From Dehalococcoidia bacterium (GTDB lineage: Bacteria > Chloroflexota > Dehalococcoidia > UBA2979), in assembly GCA_965219085.1 (NCBI GenBank), contig OZ244720.1, positions 1-64,000 on the forward strand: DNA of 64,000 bases. Reading direction: 5' to 3'. The stretch's first letter is position 1. Each line of letters begins with the position of its first letter. This document shows positions 51,501 to 61,815 of the stretch, piece after piece. The notes under the pieces are model-generated. The model did not search any database and was not told the DNA's origin. It saw only the letters and a list, made by a program, of their open reading frames with translations. A program made the translations under genes and the position numbers.

Positions 51501-51908
51501 ATGGATATCGCTGCCCGCTTACGCTCAGACGGTCGAGTCACGATCCCTCGCGAGGTACGCGAGGCCCTCGCGATCGAGGAGGGTGATGAGGTCCTCTTCC
51601 GCGTCGAGGGTGGCGGCCGCGTGATGATGTCACGCACCCCGGACCTCCTCGAACTCGCCGGCGAGCTCGATGTGCCGCCGTCGAAGCGCGGTACGCCGTG
51701 GGACGAGGTCCTCCGCGAGACACGCACGGTACGAGCAGCACACCGCATCGCCGAGGACGAGGGCTTCTGGCACCCTCTCACCCCGGACGAGTTTATTCGT
51801 GCCTCCGGCATCCCTCCATACGTGTTCCATACGACCCCCGACGACGCCGACCACTTGGATACCGAGCCGTTCCTGGACTCGATCTTCGGTGACGGGGGGG
51901 CCACGTAA
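51501..51908 (+). CDS. AbrB/MazE-family antitoxin with C-terminal extension
   Basis: GRVTIPREVREALAIEEGDEV. Confidence 0.8.
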   Translation: MDIAARLRSDGRVTIPREVREALAIEEGDEVLFRVEGGGRVMMSRTPDLLELAGELDVPPSKRGTPWDEVLRETRTVRAAHRIAEDEGFWHPLTPDEFIRASGIPPYVFHTTPDDADHLDTEPFLDSIFGDGGAT

Positions 51909-51932
51909 CCCAGCCAGTCCCGGGATCGGGTC

Positions 51933-52318
51933 GTGGTCGACACAGACGCGTTCTCGTACTTCCTCGAAGGGCGCACCCTCGCCGAGCGGTATCTGCCGTA
52001 CGGCGGGGGCGCATTGGCGTGCTCAGCTTTCGGACGGTTGCGGAACTGCTTCAGGGCGCCTACCAGGGCAACTGGGGGGACGCGCGGCTCAACCGGTTGC
52101 GGGCTGAGATCCAGCGTTACGCGGTGGCTCCCTTCCGCATCGAGATGGTGGAGCAGTTCGCACGGCTGCGATCTCACCGACGGCGCATTGGCCACGAGAT
52201 CGCAACCGCCGACGCGTGGATAGCCGCCACCGCACTCTGGCTCGCGTGCCCCGTTGTCACGCATAACCGCCGCGACTTCTCGGACATCCCCGGCCTCGAC
52301 GTGATCAGCGAGGCTTGA
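51933..52318 (+). pseudogene. vapC: PIN/VapC toxin, frameshifted near 52001-52010
   Basis: VVDTDAFSY in one frame; SFRTVAEL...DAWIAATAL..VVTHNRRDF in another. Confidence 0.8.
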
Positions 52319-52366
52319 GCACCGTCACGACTTGCCCCCTTGCATCCGCCTGATACCCTTGTGCCC

Positions 52367-53542
52367 GTGAGCGACGTACGAACAAATGAGCTTCCATACT
52401 GGGTCGGCCTGCACCGCATCAGCCGCCTCGGCGCCGCGCGCTTCGCGCTCCTCGAAGCCGCGTTCGACTCCATGGAGGAGGCGTGGCTCGCCGGCAGCGA
52501 GGAACTCGTCGCCGCGGGGATCGACCCCCGCACCGCCGAGGAGGTGGTGCGTCGCCGGCCGGAGATCGACGTCCGCGTCGAGTGCGAGCGACTGGCCGAG
52601 ATGGGCGTGCGCCCGTTGCACCGCCCGCATCCCGCCTACCCGGCCCGCCTCCGCGAGATCGACGACGCCCCGCCGGTCCTCTACGTCCGAGGCTCGTGGG
52701 AGCCGCAGGACGACTGGTCCGTCTCCGTCGTCGGCACGCGGCGCGCGACGGCGTACGGGCGGCAGGCGGCCGACGAGCTGGCTCGCGACCTCGCCGCCCA
52801 CGGCGTGACCGTGGTGTCCGGGCTCGCCCGCGGCGTCGACACGATCGCGCACCGGGCCGCCCTCGACGCCGGCGGTCGGACCGTCGCGGTGCTCGCCAAC
52901 GGTCTCGACACCGTCTACCCGCCGGAGAACCGTGGGCTGGCCGCCGACGTCGCCGAACAGGGCGCGCTCATCACCGACTATCCGCTCGGCACGAAGCCGC
53001 GCGCCGAGTTCTTCCCTCGGCGCAACCGGATTATGTCTGGGCTCTCGCTCGGCACGCTGATCGTCGAGGGCGACGTGAAGAGCGGGGCGATGATCACGGC
53101 GCGCCTCGCCGGGGAACAGAATCGCGAGGTGTTCGCCGTACCCGGCTCGATCTTCTCGCCGCAGTCGCGCGGGCCGCTCGCGCTGCTGCGGGACGGCGCG
53201 ACGCCGGTGACGGGCGTCGGGGATGTGCTCGAGGCGCTCAACCTGACGATGATCGGCGCGCAGATGGACTTCGGCCGCGCGGCGCCGGCTGCGACGCCCG
53301 CGGAGCAGTCGCTGATGGACGCGCTGAGCCGCGAACCACAGCACATCGACGCGGTCGTGCGCGGGGCGGGTTTGGCGGCAGCCGAAGTGTCGGCTACGCT
53401 CGCCTTGCTGGAATTGAAGGGTCTGGTCCGGGATGTGGGCGGCATGCACTACGTGCGCGTCCGCGAACAGCCCGGACGATACGACGCAGATACCGGGGCG
53501 GGATCGCCCGCCCAACCGACCGAAGAAAGCGAGTTGCGTTGA
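52367..53542 (+). CDS. dprA: DNA-processing protein DprA
   Basis: VVGTR, VSGLARGVD, FFPRRNRIMSGL, SGAMITA, VFAVPG. Confidence 0.95.
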   Translation: MSDVRTNELPYWVGLHRISRLGAARFALLEAAFDSMEEAWLAGSEELVAAGIDPRTAEEVVRRRPEIDVRVECERLAEMGVRPLHRPHPAYPARLREIDDAPPVLYVRGSWEPQDDWSVSVVGTRRATAYGRQAADELARDLAAHGVTVVSGLARGVDTIAHRAALDAGGRTVAVLANGLDTVYPPENRGLAADVAEQGALITDYPLGTKPRAEFFPRRNRIMSGLSLGTLIVEGDVKSGAMITARLAGEQNREVFAVPGSIFSPQSRGPLALLRDGATPVTGVGDVLEALNLTMIGAQMDFGRAAPAATPAEQSLMDALSREPQHIDAVVRGAGLAAAEVSATLALLELKGLVRDVGGMHYVRVREQPGRYDADTGAGSPAQPTEESELR

Positions 53543-56313
53543 CCACTGACGCCGCCACCAGGCGCCGCCGCGCAGGCGAGGGCCCGCGTCTCGTCATCGT
53601 CGAGTCACCGGCCAAGGCGCGCACAATCGAGCGCTTCCTGAACCGCAACGGCACCGGCCCAGAGTACGTCGTCGAGTCCTCGATCGGTCATATCCGCGAC
53701 CTGCCGGAACGGGCGGCCCAGGCGCCGGACGACGTGAAGGCGCTGGCCAAGGAGCGCAACCAGCCCTGGTTCCGCATCGCCGCCGGCGTCGAGCGAGACT
53801 TCGAGCCGCTCTACATCATCCCCGCCGACAAAAAGCAGCAGGTCAGCAAGCTCCGCAAGCTCTCCCGCGAAGCCAGCGAGATCTACCTCGCCACGGACGA
53901 GGACCGCGAGGGCGAGGCGATCGCCTGGCACCTCAAGGAGGTGCTCAAGCCGCGCGTCCCCGTGCGCCGCATGGTCTTCCACGAGATCACCGAGCAGGCC
54001 ATCAACGAGGCCCTCGCCAACCCGCGCGAGATCGACAACGACCTCGTCTCCGCGCAGGAGGCGCGCCGCGTGCTCGACTACCTCTACGGCTACGAAGTCT
54101 CCCCGGTGCTGTGGAAGAAGGTGCGACCGCGGCTGTCCGCCGGACGCGTCCAGTCCGTCGCCATCCGCCTCATCGTCGAGCGCGAGCGCGAGCGCATGCG
54201 CTTCGTCAGCGCCTCGTTCTGGGATGTCCGCTCCCTCGTCCGCAGCGACGAGGACGGCGCGCCGCCGGAGCCGTTCGCGACGCGCCTCGTCGAACTCGAC
54301 GGCGCGCGGGTGGCCACCGGACGCGACTTCGATCCCGAGACGGGGCAGCTCACCGGTCGCGGCAACGTCGTGCCGCTCGGCGAGGAGCGCGCGGCGGCCG
54401 TCGCGCATGCGGTGGCCGAGGCCGACTACACCGTCGCCGAGGTCAGCGAGCGGCCGTACACGCAGCGCCCGCCCGCGCCGTTCATCACCTCCAGCCTCCA
54501 GCAGGAGGCCGCGCGCAAGCTGCGCTTCACCGCGCAGCGCACGATGGGCGTGGCGCAGAACCTCTACCAGAACGGCTACATCACCTACATGCGGACGGAT
54601 TCGACGAACCTGTCCGGGCAGGCGCTCAACGCGGCCCGCCGCCAGGCGCGTGACCTCTACGGGGCCGAGTACGTGCCCGACAAGCCGCGCTTCTACCGCG
54701 CCCGCGCCAAGGGCGCGCAGGAGGCGCACGAGGCGATCCGGCCGGCCGGCGACATCTTCCGCACGCCGGACAGCCTGCGCGGCCAACTCACCGCGGACGA
54801 GCGGCGCCTGTACGATCTCGTCTGGAAGCGCACCGTCGCTTCGCAGATGCAGGACGCGCGCGGCCTCCGCACCAACGCGCGCATCGAGGCCCTCGCCGGC
54901 GTCGAGGGCACTGCCGCCTTCGCCGTCTCCGGCAAGGTGATCACCTTCCCCGGCTTCCTGCGCGCCTATGTCGAGGGCTCCGACGACCCCGACGCCGAAC
55001 TCGAGGACCAGGAGCGCATCCTGCCGCCGTTGCGCGAGGACCAGGTCCTGCGCGGCGTCTCGGCCGAGGCCCAGGGCCACGAGACGAAGCCCCCCGCGCG
55101 CTACACCGAGGCGAGCCTCGTGCGCGAGCTGGAGCAGCGCGGCATCGGCCGCCCCTCCACGTACGCGACGATCCTCCAGAAGGTGCAAGAGCGTGACTAC
55201 GTCTGGAAGAACGGCACCGCGCTGACACCGACGCTGACCGCGTTCGCCGTCGTCAACCTGCTCGAACAGCACTTCCCAGACCACGTGGACTTCGACTTCA
55301 CCGCCCGCATGGAGGGCGACCTGGACCGCGTCGCCGAGGGCGACATGGAGGCTCACCCATGGCTACGGCGCTTCTACTTCGGCAGCAGCGAAGACGGCCC
55401 GGTCGACCTCAACAGCGGCGGGCTGGTGCAGCTCATCGAGTCCGCGCTGCAGGACACTGACGCGCGGGCGATCTCCTCGATCCCGCTCGGCGAGGACGCC
55501 GATGGCAACGCCGTGATGGCGCGTGTGGGCCGCTACGGGGCCTACGTGCAGGTCGGTGACGACGGTTCACGCGCCTCCCTGCCCGACGACCTCCCGCCCG
55601 ACGAGCTGACGCTCGAGCACGCCCTCGCCGTGCTGGCGGAGGCCGCCCTCGGCGACCGCGAGGTGATGCGCGACGAGGAGAGCGATCGCCCGGTCTACGT
55701 GAAGACCGGCCCCAACGGCCCGTACGTGCAGGTCGGCGAGAACGACGACGACGGCGGACGGCCGAAGCGCGCCAGCCTCTGGCCGGGCATGACCATCGAG
55801 GCACTCACCGCGGAGCAGGCATCCGAGCTGCTCTCGTACCCTCGCGTGCTCGGCGCGCATCCGGAGAACGGCGACGAGATCGTCGTGCAGGACGGGCGCT
55901 ACGGCCCCTACGTGCGCGCCGGCAAGGAGACGCGCAGCCTCCGTGACCACGAGCACCTGCGCGGCATCGACCTCGACGAGGCGGTCGGACTACTCAACGA
56001 GCCGAAGCGCCGCGGGCGGGCGGCCCAGGCCGCGCTCGCGACGCTCGGGAAGCACCCGGACAGCGAGGCGCCGATCGAGGTGCGCAACGGCCGCTACGGC
56101 CCGTACGTGACCGACGGCGTGGTCAACGCCTCGCTGCCGCGGGGCCGCGACCCCTCGACCGTGACGCTCGACGAGGCGGTCGATCTCATTGCCGCACGTG
56201 AGGCGCGCCTGCGCGATCAGGGCAAGGATCCGCGCGCGCCGAAGCCGGCCCGCGCCCGGGCGCGGGGCGGATCGGGTGGGCGGGCGCGCTCGACGCGCCG
56301 CCGCTCCGCCTGA
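53539..56313 (+). CDS. topA: DNA topoisomerase I
   Basis: IVESPAKA, ATDEDREGE, SAGRVQS, ITYMRTDS; C-terminal GRYGPYV repeats. Confidence 0.96.
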   Translation: MTTDAATRRRRAGEGPRLVIVESPAKARTIERFLNRNGTGPEYVVESSIGHIRDLPERAAQAPDDVKALAKERNQPWFRIAAGVERDFEPLYIIPADKKQQVSKLRKLSREASEIYLATDEDREGEAIAWHLKEVLKPRVPVRRMVFHEITEQAINEALANPREIDNDLVSAQEARRVLDYLYGYEVSPVLWKKVRPRLSAGRVQSVAIRLIVERERERMRFVSASFWDVRSLVRSDEDGAPPEPFATRLVELDGARVATGRDFDPETGQLTGRGNVVPLGEERAAAVAHAVAEADYTVAEVSERPYTQRPPAPFITSSLQQEAARKLRFTAQRTMGVAQNLYQNGYITYMRTDSTNLSGQALNAARRQARDLYGAEYVPDKPRFYRARAKGAQEAHEAIRPAGDIFRTPDSLRGQLTADERRLYDLVWKRTVASQMQDARGLRTNARIEALAGVEGTAAFAVSGKVITFPGFLRAYVEGSDDPDAELEDQERILPPLREDQVLRGVSAEAQGHETKPPARYTEASLVRELEQRGIGRPSTYATILQKVQERDYVWKNGTALTPTLTAFAVVNLLEQHFPDHVDFDFTARMEGDLDRVAEGDMEAHPWLRRFYFGSSEDGPVDLNSGGLVQLIESALQDTDARAISSIPLGEDADGNAVMARVGRYGAYVQVGDDGSRASLPDDLPPDELTLEHALAVLAEAALGDREVMRDEESDRPVYVKTGPNGPYVQVGENDDDGGRPKRASLWPGMTIEALTAEQASELLSYPRVLGAHPENGDEIVVQDGRYGPYVRAGKETRSLRDHEHLRGIDLDEAVGLLNEPKRRGRAAQAALATLGKHPDSEAPIEVRNGRYGPYVTDGVVNASLPRGRDPSTVTLDEAVDLIAAREARLRDQGKDPRAPKPARARARGGSGGRARSTRRRSA

Positions 56314-56374
56314 CGCACAACCACCGGCCCCACCGTGCTACGCTCGAACCCGGCGGGGAGATAGGTGGACGCGC

Positions 56375-57367
56375 GTGCCCCAGACGCGCACTGAGCCGCG
56401 CCCCGCGGTCGACGACCGTGCCGCGCAGGCGCTCGACGATTACCTCCGCTACCTCGCGACGGTCCGGCGGCGCTCGGCGCACACCGTGCGGAACTACCGC
56501 ACCGACCTCGACGGCTTCTTCCGCTTCCTGACCGCGCGTGGCGTGGCGTTCGGCGATGCGGGGCGCGAGCTGGCACGCGAGTACCTGGGCGTGTTGCGGA
56601 TCGAACAGGAGCGCGCGCCCGCCTCGGTGAAGCGCGTGGCGTCGACGATCCGCACGTTCTACGGCTGGCTGGACAACGAGGGCCGCCTGCCTCCGGCGCG
56701 GCCGGGCGACTCGATCCTGCGGCTGCGCTACCCCAAGGCCCCGAAGCGCCTCCCGCGCTTCCTGACGGAGGATGAGACGGACGCGCTGATGCGGGCTCCC
56801 GACCCGGACGGGGCCGCGTCCGACGCCGATCGTGCGCGCGCGCTGCGCGACACCGCGCTGCTCGAGTTGCTCTACGGCGCCGGGCTGCGCGTCAGCGAGG
56901 CGGCCTCGCTCGACAGCCGTGACCTGGACCTCACCAACCGGCAAGTGTCCGTGATGGGCAAGGGCGAGCGTCCGCGCGTCGCGCTGTTCGGGCTCCCCGC
57001 GCGCGATGCCCTCCGAGCGTGGCTCGGCGATGGTCGTCCCGTCATGGCGAAGGGCGCCGAGGAGGCATTGTTCCTCAATCGGTCCGGCGGCCGCCTCTCG
57101 GCGCGGTCGATGCAGCGGATCGTGCGCGACGCGGGCGTGGCGGCGGCGATCCACCAGCGCGTGCACCCGCACCGGCTGCGCCACAGCTTCGCGACACATA
57201 TGCTGGAACACGACGCCGATTTGCGGATCGTGCAGCAGTTGCTGGGGCACGCCTCCGCCGATACGACGCAGATCTATACGGCGGTGACGACCTCGCGGCA
57301 GCATGCGCTCGTCTCGACGGCGCTGGAGCGCTCACGCGAGGTGGAGCGCGACCGCGACGCCGACTGA
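56375..57367 (+). CDS. xerC: Tyrosine recombinase XerC-like
   Basis: GLRVSE, GKG, HRLRHSFATH, LGH, TQIY; follows dprA-topA. Confidence 0.88.
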   Translation: MPQTRTEPRPAVDDRAAQALDDYLRYLATVRRRSAHTVRNYRTDLDGFFRFLTARGVAFGDAGRELAREYLGVLRIEQERAPASVKRVASTIRTFYGWLDNEGRLPPARPGDSILRLRYPKAPKRLPRFLTEDETDALMRAPDPDGAASDADRARALRDTALLELLYGAGLRVSEAASLDSRDLDLTNRQVSVMGKGERPRVALFGLPARDALRAWLGDGRPVMAKGAEEALFLNRSGGRLSARSMQRIVRDAGVAAAIHQRVHPHRLRHSFATHMLEHDADLRIVQQLLGHASADTTQIYTAVTTSRQHALVSTALERSREVERDRDAD

Positions 57368-57394
57368 GGCCGTGACGATACGCCGGGGAGCCTC

Positions 57395-57841
57395 ATGCGC
57401 ATCCTGATCCTGAACGGGCCGAACCTGAACCTCCTCGGGCAGCGCGAGCCGGAGATCTACGGCCGCGAGACGCTGCGCGACATCGAGCTGCTGTGCGAGC
57501 GGCGCGCCACCGAACTTGGCGTCGAGATCGCCTGCGTGCAGTCCAACTCCGAGGGCGCCCTCGTCGACGCGCTGCACGAGCACCGCGAGTGGGACGGCGT
57601 AGTCATCAACGCGGCCGCGTACACGCACACCTCGCTCGCCATCGCCGACGCAATCGCCGCCACCCAGCTGCCGACGATCGAGGTGCACCTCAGCAACGTC
57701 CACGCGCGCGAGCAAATCCGCCACACCTCGCTCATCTCCCCCGTCGTGTGGGGCCAGGTGAGCGGCTTCGGGTACCGGGGCTACCTCGCCGCGCTCGACC
57801 TGCTGCACAGCCGGCTCAGCGAGGTGGAGCCGGATGCGTGA
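57395..57841 (+). CDS. aroQ: Type II 3-dehydroquinate dehydratase
   Basis: LNGPNLNLLG.REPEIYG, EVHLSN. Confidence 0.96.
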   Translation: MRILILNGPNLNLLGQREPEIYGRETLRDIELLCERRATELGVEIACVQSNSEGALVDALHEHREWDGVVINAAAYTHTSLAIADAIAATQLPTIEVHLSNVHAREQIRHTSLISPVVWGQVSGFGYRGYLAALDLLHSRLSEVEPDA

Positions 57842-58953
57842 CTGACCGGGCCATCGGCAACCGCCTCGCGCGGGTGCGCGAGCGACTCGACACCCTCGAA
57901 GTGGACGCGCTGCTCGTGAGCACGCCGTCGAACCGCCGCTGGCTGTCCGGCTTCACCGGCTCGGCCGGCGTGCTCGTCGTCGACGCGCAGCGCGCGCGCA
58001 TCGCCACCGACGGCAGGTATCACGAGCAGGCGCAGTTGCAGGCACCCGTGTTCGACCTCGTGCCGGCGCCCCTGCGCGGCGTCGTGAGCTTCGTGGCGCC
58101 ACTCCTCGACGGCCTCGGCGGGAAGCGGCTCGGGTTCGAGCCCGCCGGCCTGACCGTCGCCGAACACATGGAGTGGGTTGCGGCGATCGGGGGGCTGCCG
58201 ATGGCCGACCGCCCGCGGCTGATGCCGACGCCGGGCGCCGTCGAGCCGCTGCGCGCGATCAAGGACGCGGCGGAGCTGGAGGCGCTGACCGCCGCCGTCC
58301 ACCTCGGCGACGATGTATGGGCGCACGCCGCCTCATGCCTGCGCCCCGGCGTGACCGAGCGCCAGGTGGCGTGGGAGGCGCAGCGCTATGCGTTCGAGCA
58401 CGGCGCGGACGGCATGGCGTTCGAGACGATCATCGCGGCCGGTCCACACGGCGCGATGGCGCACCACCGCCCCAGCGACGCGACCATCGAGGGCGGGCAG
58501 TCCGTCGTCATGGACCTCGGCGTCATCGTCGGGGGGTACCGCTCGGACCTCACGCGCACCGTGTGCGCGGGCGAGCCGGACGACACGTTCCCGCGCGTCT
58601 ACGACGCGGTCCTGACCGCGCAGGAGATGGCCGAGGAGCGCATCGAGGCGGGAATGACCGGCGGACAGGCGCACGCGATCGCTGCTACCGTGCTGGCCGA
58701 AGCGGGCTACGGCGACCGCTTCACGCACGGGCTGGGCCACGGCGTCGGCCTCGACATTCACGAGGCGCCGAGGCTGTCGGCGGACTCGGAGGACCTGCTC
58801 GCCGATGGGCAGGTCGTCACCGTCGAGCCGGGGGTCTACATTCCGGGGTGGGGAGGCGTGCGCATCGAGGATCAATGCGTGATGGAGGACGGACGGCTGC
58901 GCGTGATCTCGCGCGCGGCCAAGCTGGACCTGGAAGTCGGGGGTGGCTCGTGA
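57838..58953 (+). CDS. pepP: Xaa-Pro aminopeptidase (M24)
   Basis: LSGFTGS, SDLTRT, HGLGHGVGLDIHE, TVEPGVY, RIED. Confidence 0.9.
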   Translation: MTDRAIGNRLARVRERLDTLEVDALLVSTPSNRRWLSGFTGSAGVLVVDAQRARIATDGRYHEQAQLQAPVFDLVPAPLRGVVSFVAPLLDGLGGKRLGFEPAGLTVAEHMEWVAAIGGLPMADRPRLMPTPGAVEPLRAIKDAAELEALTAAVHLGDDVWAHAASCLRPGVTERQVAWEAQRYAFEHGADGMAFETIIAAGPHGAMAHHRPSDATIEGGQSVVMDLGVIVGGYRSDLTRTVCAGEPDDTFPRVYDAVLTAQEMAEERIEAGMTGGQAHAIAATVLAEAGYGDRFTHGLGHGVGLDIHEAPRLSADSEDLLADGQVVTVEPGVYIPGWGGVRIEDQCVMEDGRLRVISRAAKLDLEVGGGS

Positions 58954-59513
58954 TCGGAACCGGAGACCTCAAGCGCGGCGTGTCGGTGGAAGTCGACGGC
59001 TCGCTCTACCAGGTCGTCGACGTCCACCACGTCAAGACCAAGAAGTCCGCCGTCTACCGCGTCAAGATGCGCGACCTGCGCGGCGGCCACATCATCGAGC
59101 GCACCTTCAACGCCGGCGAGAAGCTGACCGCCGCCCGCGTCGAGCGACGCGAGATGCAGTACCTCTACGCCGACGGCGACAGCTACACGTTCATGAACAC
59201 GGAGACGTACGACCAGATCATGGTGCCGCGCGAATCCATCGAGGACGCGCTGCCCTACCTCAAGGAGAGCGACCTGGTGCAGGTCCAGCTCTACGGCGAA
59301 GAGGCGCTCGGCCTCGAGCTGCCCGCGGCCGTGACGCTGCAGATCGTGCAGTCCGACCCGGGCGTGAAGGGCGACACCGCCACCGGTGCGACAAAACCCG
59401 CGACGGTCGAGACGGGGCTCGTCGTCGACGTGCCGCTGTTCATCAACTCCGGCGACACGATCAAGGTCTCGACCTCGACCGGCGCCTACATCGAGCGGTC
59501 CTCGACCGGCTAG
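58950..59513 (+). CDS. efp: Elongation factor P
   Basis: MQYLY, ETYDQ, PGVKGDTATG..KPA..ETG..V.VPLFI. Confidence 0.94.
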   Translation: MIGTGDLKRGVSVEVDGSLYQVVDVHHVKTKKSAVYRVKMRDLRGGHIIERTFNAGEKLTAARVERREMQYLYADGDSYTFMNTETYDQIMVPRESIEDALPYLKESDLVQVQLYGEEALGLELPAAVTLQIVQSDPGVKGDTATGATKPATVETGLVVDVPLFINSGDTIKVSTSTGAYIERSSTG

Positions 59514-59546
59514 GCCCGCCGGCCCGCCGGCCCGAAGCGGAGCACG

Positions 59547-60731
59547 ATGCCGCCCGAGGTCTATCCGGTCCACCAGGTCACCCGCTACCTGCGGGAGCTG
59601 ATCGAGGCCAACCGCCACCTCTCCGACATCTGGGTGTCGGGCGAGGTCGCCAACCTCACGCGGGCGTCGTCCGGCCACGTCTACTTCACGCTCGGCGGCG
59701 GCGGCAGCGCACTGCGCTGCGTGCTGTTCCGCAGCCGCAACGTCGGGCAGGGGCAGCGGCTGGCCGAGGGCATCTCGGTCGTGGTCTACGGGTCACTCTC
59801 GGTGTACGAGCAGCGCGGCGACCTCTCGTTCATCGTCGACTTCGTGCAGCCCGAGGGCGTGGGCGCGCTCGCGGCCGAGTTCGAGCGGCTGCGCGCGAAG
59901 TTCGAGGCCGAAGGGCTGCTCGCCGTCGAGCGTAAACGCCCCCTGCCCGCCTTCCCACAGCGTGTCGGCCTCGTCACCTCGCCGACAGGCGCCGTGCTGC
60001 ACGACGTGACCGATGTGCTCGGACGGCGCTGGCCGCTCGCGCGCCTGATCGTTGCCCCCGCACGCGTGCAGGGCGATGGCGCGGCCGCGCTCATCGCCGA
60101 GGCGCTGCGGCGGCTCGGCGACGAGCAACTCGATGCGATCATCCTCGCGCGCGGCGGCGGCGCGGCCGAGGACCTGTGGCCATTCAACGAGGAGCCCGTG
60201 AGCCGCGCCATCTACGCGTCGCCCGTGCCGGTCATCTCCGCCATCGGTCACGAGACCGACACCACGCTCGCCGACCTTGTCGCCGACGTGCGCGCGCCGA
60301 CGCCGTCGGCCGCGGCGGAACTCGTCGCGCCCGACCGCGCGGAGGTCTCGCAGCGCGTCGGCGCACTGGCGCGCCATGCTGACACGGCGGTGGCGCGACG
60401 GCTCCGCACCGCCGGCGACGTCACCGACGCGCGCGGCGCGGCGCTCAACATGGCCCTCCCCGACCTCGCGGCAGCATCGCGGCGCGTAGCGGAACGCGCT
60501 GCCGCGGGAGGGCGCGCGCTCGAAGTCGCGCTCGCCCGCGCGGGCGAACGCACCGGCGCGCTCAGCGGCCGACTCGCGGCGCTGTCGCCTCTCGCCACGC
60601 TCGACCGCGGCTACGCGGTCGTGACGCGCGAGGACGGCTCGGTGGTGACCTCGGCGGCGGCGCTGCGGCCCGACGACGCGGTACAGTTGCGACTGCGTGA
60701 CGGCACGCGCTCCGCGCGCGTCACGGGCTAA
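59547..60731 (+). CDS. xseA: Exodeoxyribonuclease VII large subunit
   Basis: SGHVYFTL, ARGGG, SAIGHETD, APTPSAAAE. Confidence 0.95.
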   Translation: MPPEVYPVHQVTRYLRELIEANRHLSDIWVSGEVANLTRASSGHVYFTLGGGGSALRCVLFRSRNVGQGQRLAEGISVVVYGSLSVYEQRGDLSFIVDFVQPEGVGALAAEFERLRAKFEAEGLLAVERKRPLPAFPQRVGLVTSPTGAVLHDVTDVLGRRWPLARLIVAPARVQGDGAAALIAEALRRLGDEQLDAIILARGGGAAEDLWPFNEEPVSRAIYASPVPVISAIGHETDTTLADLVADVRAPTPSAAAELVAPDRAEVSQRVGALARHADTAVARRLRTAGDVTDARGAALNMALPDLAAASRRVAERAAAGGRALEVALARAGERTGALSGRLAALSPLATLDRGYAVVTREDGSVVTSAAALRPDDAVQLRLRDGTRSARVTG

Positions 60732-60751
60732 CCGCGCCGCGAGGAGCCTCG

Positions 60752-61000
60752 ATGCCAGACGCCACACCCGAACCGCCCGCAGGCGACGCAGCCGACTCGT
60801 TCGAGGCACTCTTCGCGCGGCTCGAGGCGATCACCGCGCAACTCGAAGCCGGCGATCTCCCCCTCGAACGCTCCGTCGAGCTCTACGCCGAGGGGATGCG
60901 CATCGCGGAGCGCTGCCAGCGGATGCTCGCCGACGCCTCCCAGCGCGTCGAGCGCCTGCGCGAGGCGTACGACGAGGCAACGCAGAACTCGCTGCTGTGA
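60752..61000 (+). CDS. xseB: Exodeoxyribonuclease VII small subunit
   Basis: SFEALFARLEAI..LE.GDLPLE.S..LY.EG. Confidence 0.92.
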   Translation: MPDATPEPPAGDAADSFEALFARLEAITAQLEAGDLPLERSVELYAEGMRIAERCQRMLADASQRVERLREAYDEATQNSLL

Positions 61001-61815
61001 CACTGCGCATCGGCTGGTTCACGACGGCGCGCGGCCCCGGCTCGCGCGGCATGTTCGAGCACGTCGAGCGCGCCGTGCGCGGGGGTGACCTCGACGCGGA
61101 GTTCGCCTTCGTCTTCTCCAATCGCGAGCGCGGCGAGTCCGGGGCCACCGACTCGTTCTTCGACCTCGTCGAGGGCGCCGGCATCCTGCTCGTGACCTGC
61201 TCGTCGGTCGCGTTTCGGCGGTCGATCGGCGGCGAGCGTTCACGGCCCGGCGAGCCGCTGCCCGCGTGGCGGATGGCGTACGACCGGCGCGTCGCCGAGG
61301 CGATCGCCGAGCACCCCTTCGACCTCGGCGTGCTCGCCGGGTACATGCTCATCGTGGAGCGTGAACTGGTCGAGCAGCACGCGCTGCTCAACCTCCACCC
61401 CGCCCTGCCGGACGGTCCGGCGGGCGTATGGCAGGCCGTGAACCGCCGGCTCATCCGCGAGGGCACCGAGGAGAGCGGCGTGATGGTCCACCTCGCGATC
61501 CCCGAGGTGGACGAGGGGCCCGCCGTCGCCTACTGCCGCTACCCGCTGCGCGACCCACAGCTCGAGGCGCTGCGCGAAGCACTGGCTGCTGCGCCCAGCG
61601 AGCTGGACAACGCCACCATCGACGCGAGCCCGCTATTCGCCGCCATCCGCGCGCGCGGCGTGGAGCGCGAGGCGCCGCTGCTCGCCGCGGCGATCGCCGA
61701 GTTCGCGAGCGGCGCGCTGCGCGTCGAGGGCGCGCGCGTCGTCGACGCGGAGGGCCGCACTGCGCCGCCCGCCGACGTGACGGCGCGCGTTGAGGCGCAA
61801 CTCGCCTCGCGCTGA
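60997..61815 (+). CDS. purN: Phosphoribosylglycinamide formyltransferase-like protein
   Basis: VLAGYMLI, LNLHPALP, GVMVH..VDEGP. Confidence 0.8.
   Translation: MTLRIGWFTTARGPGSRGMFEHVERAVRGGDLDAEFAFVFSNRERGESGATDSFFDLVEGAGILLVTCSSVAFRRSIGGERSRPGEPLPAWRMAYDRRVAEAIAEHPFDLGVLAGYMLIVERELVEQHALLNLHPALPDGPAGVWQAVNRRLIREGTEESGVMVHLAIPEVDEGPAVAYCRYPLRDPQLEALREALAAAPSELDNATIDASPLFAAIRARGVEREAPLLAAAIAEFASGALRVEGARVVDAEGRTAPPADVTARVEAQLASR

Noticed and set aside
52483-53538. 350-aa N-terminal extension of TopA and many long antisense or alternate-frame ORFs
   Set aside because: Shadow ORFs typical of high-GC DNA; this one overlaps dprA in another frame
56375-57367. Tyrosine recombinase as the integrase for the cassettes
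   Set aside because: Lies in the conserved dprA-topA-xerC context; no dif-like sites seen at cassette junctions
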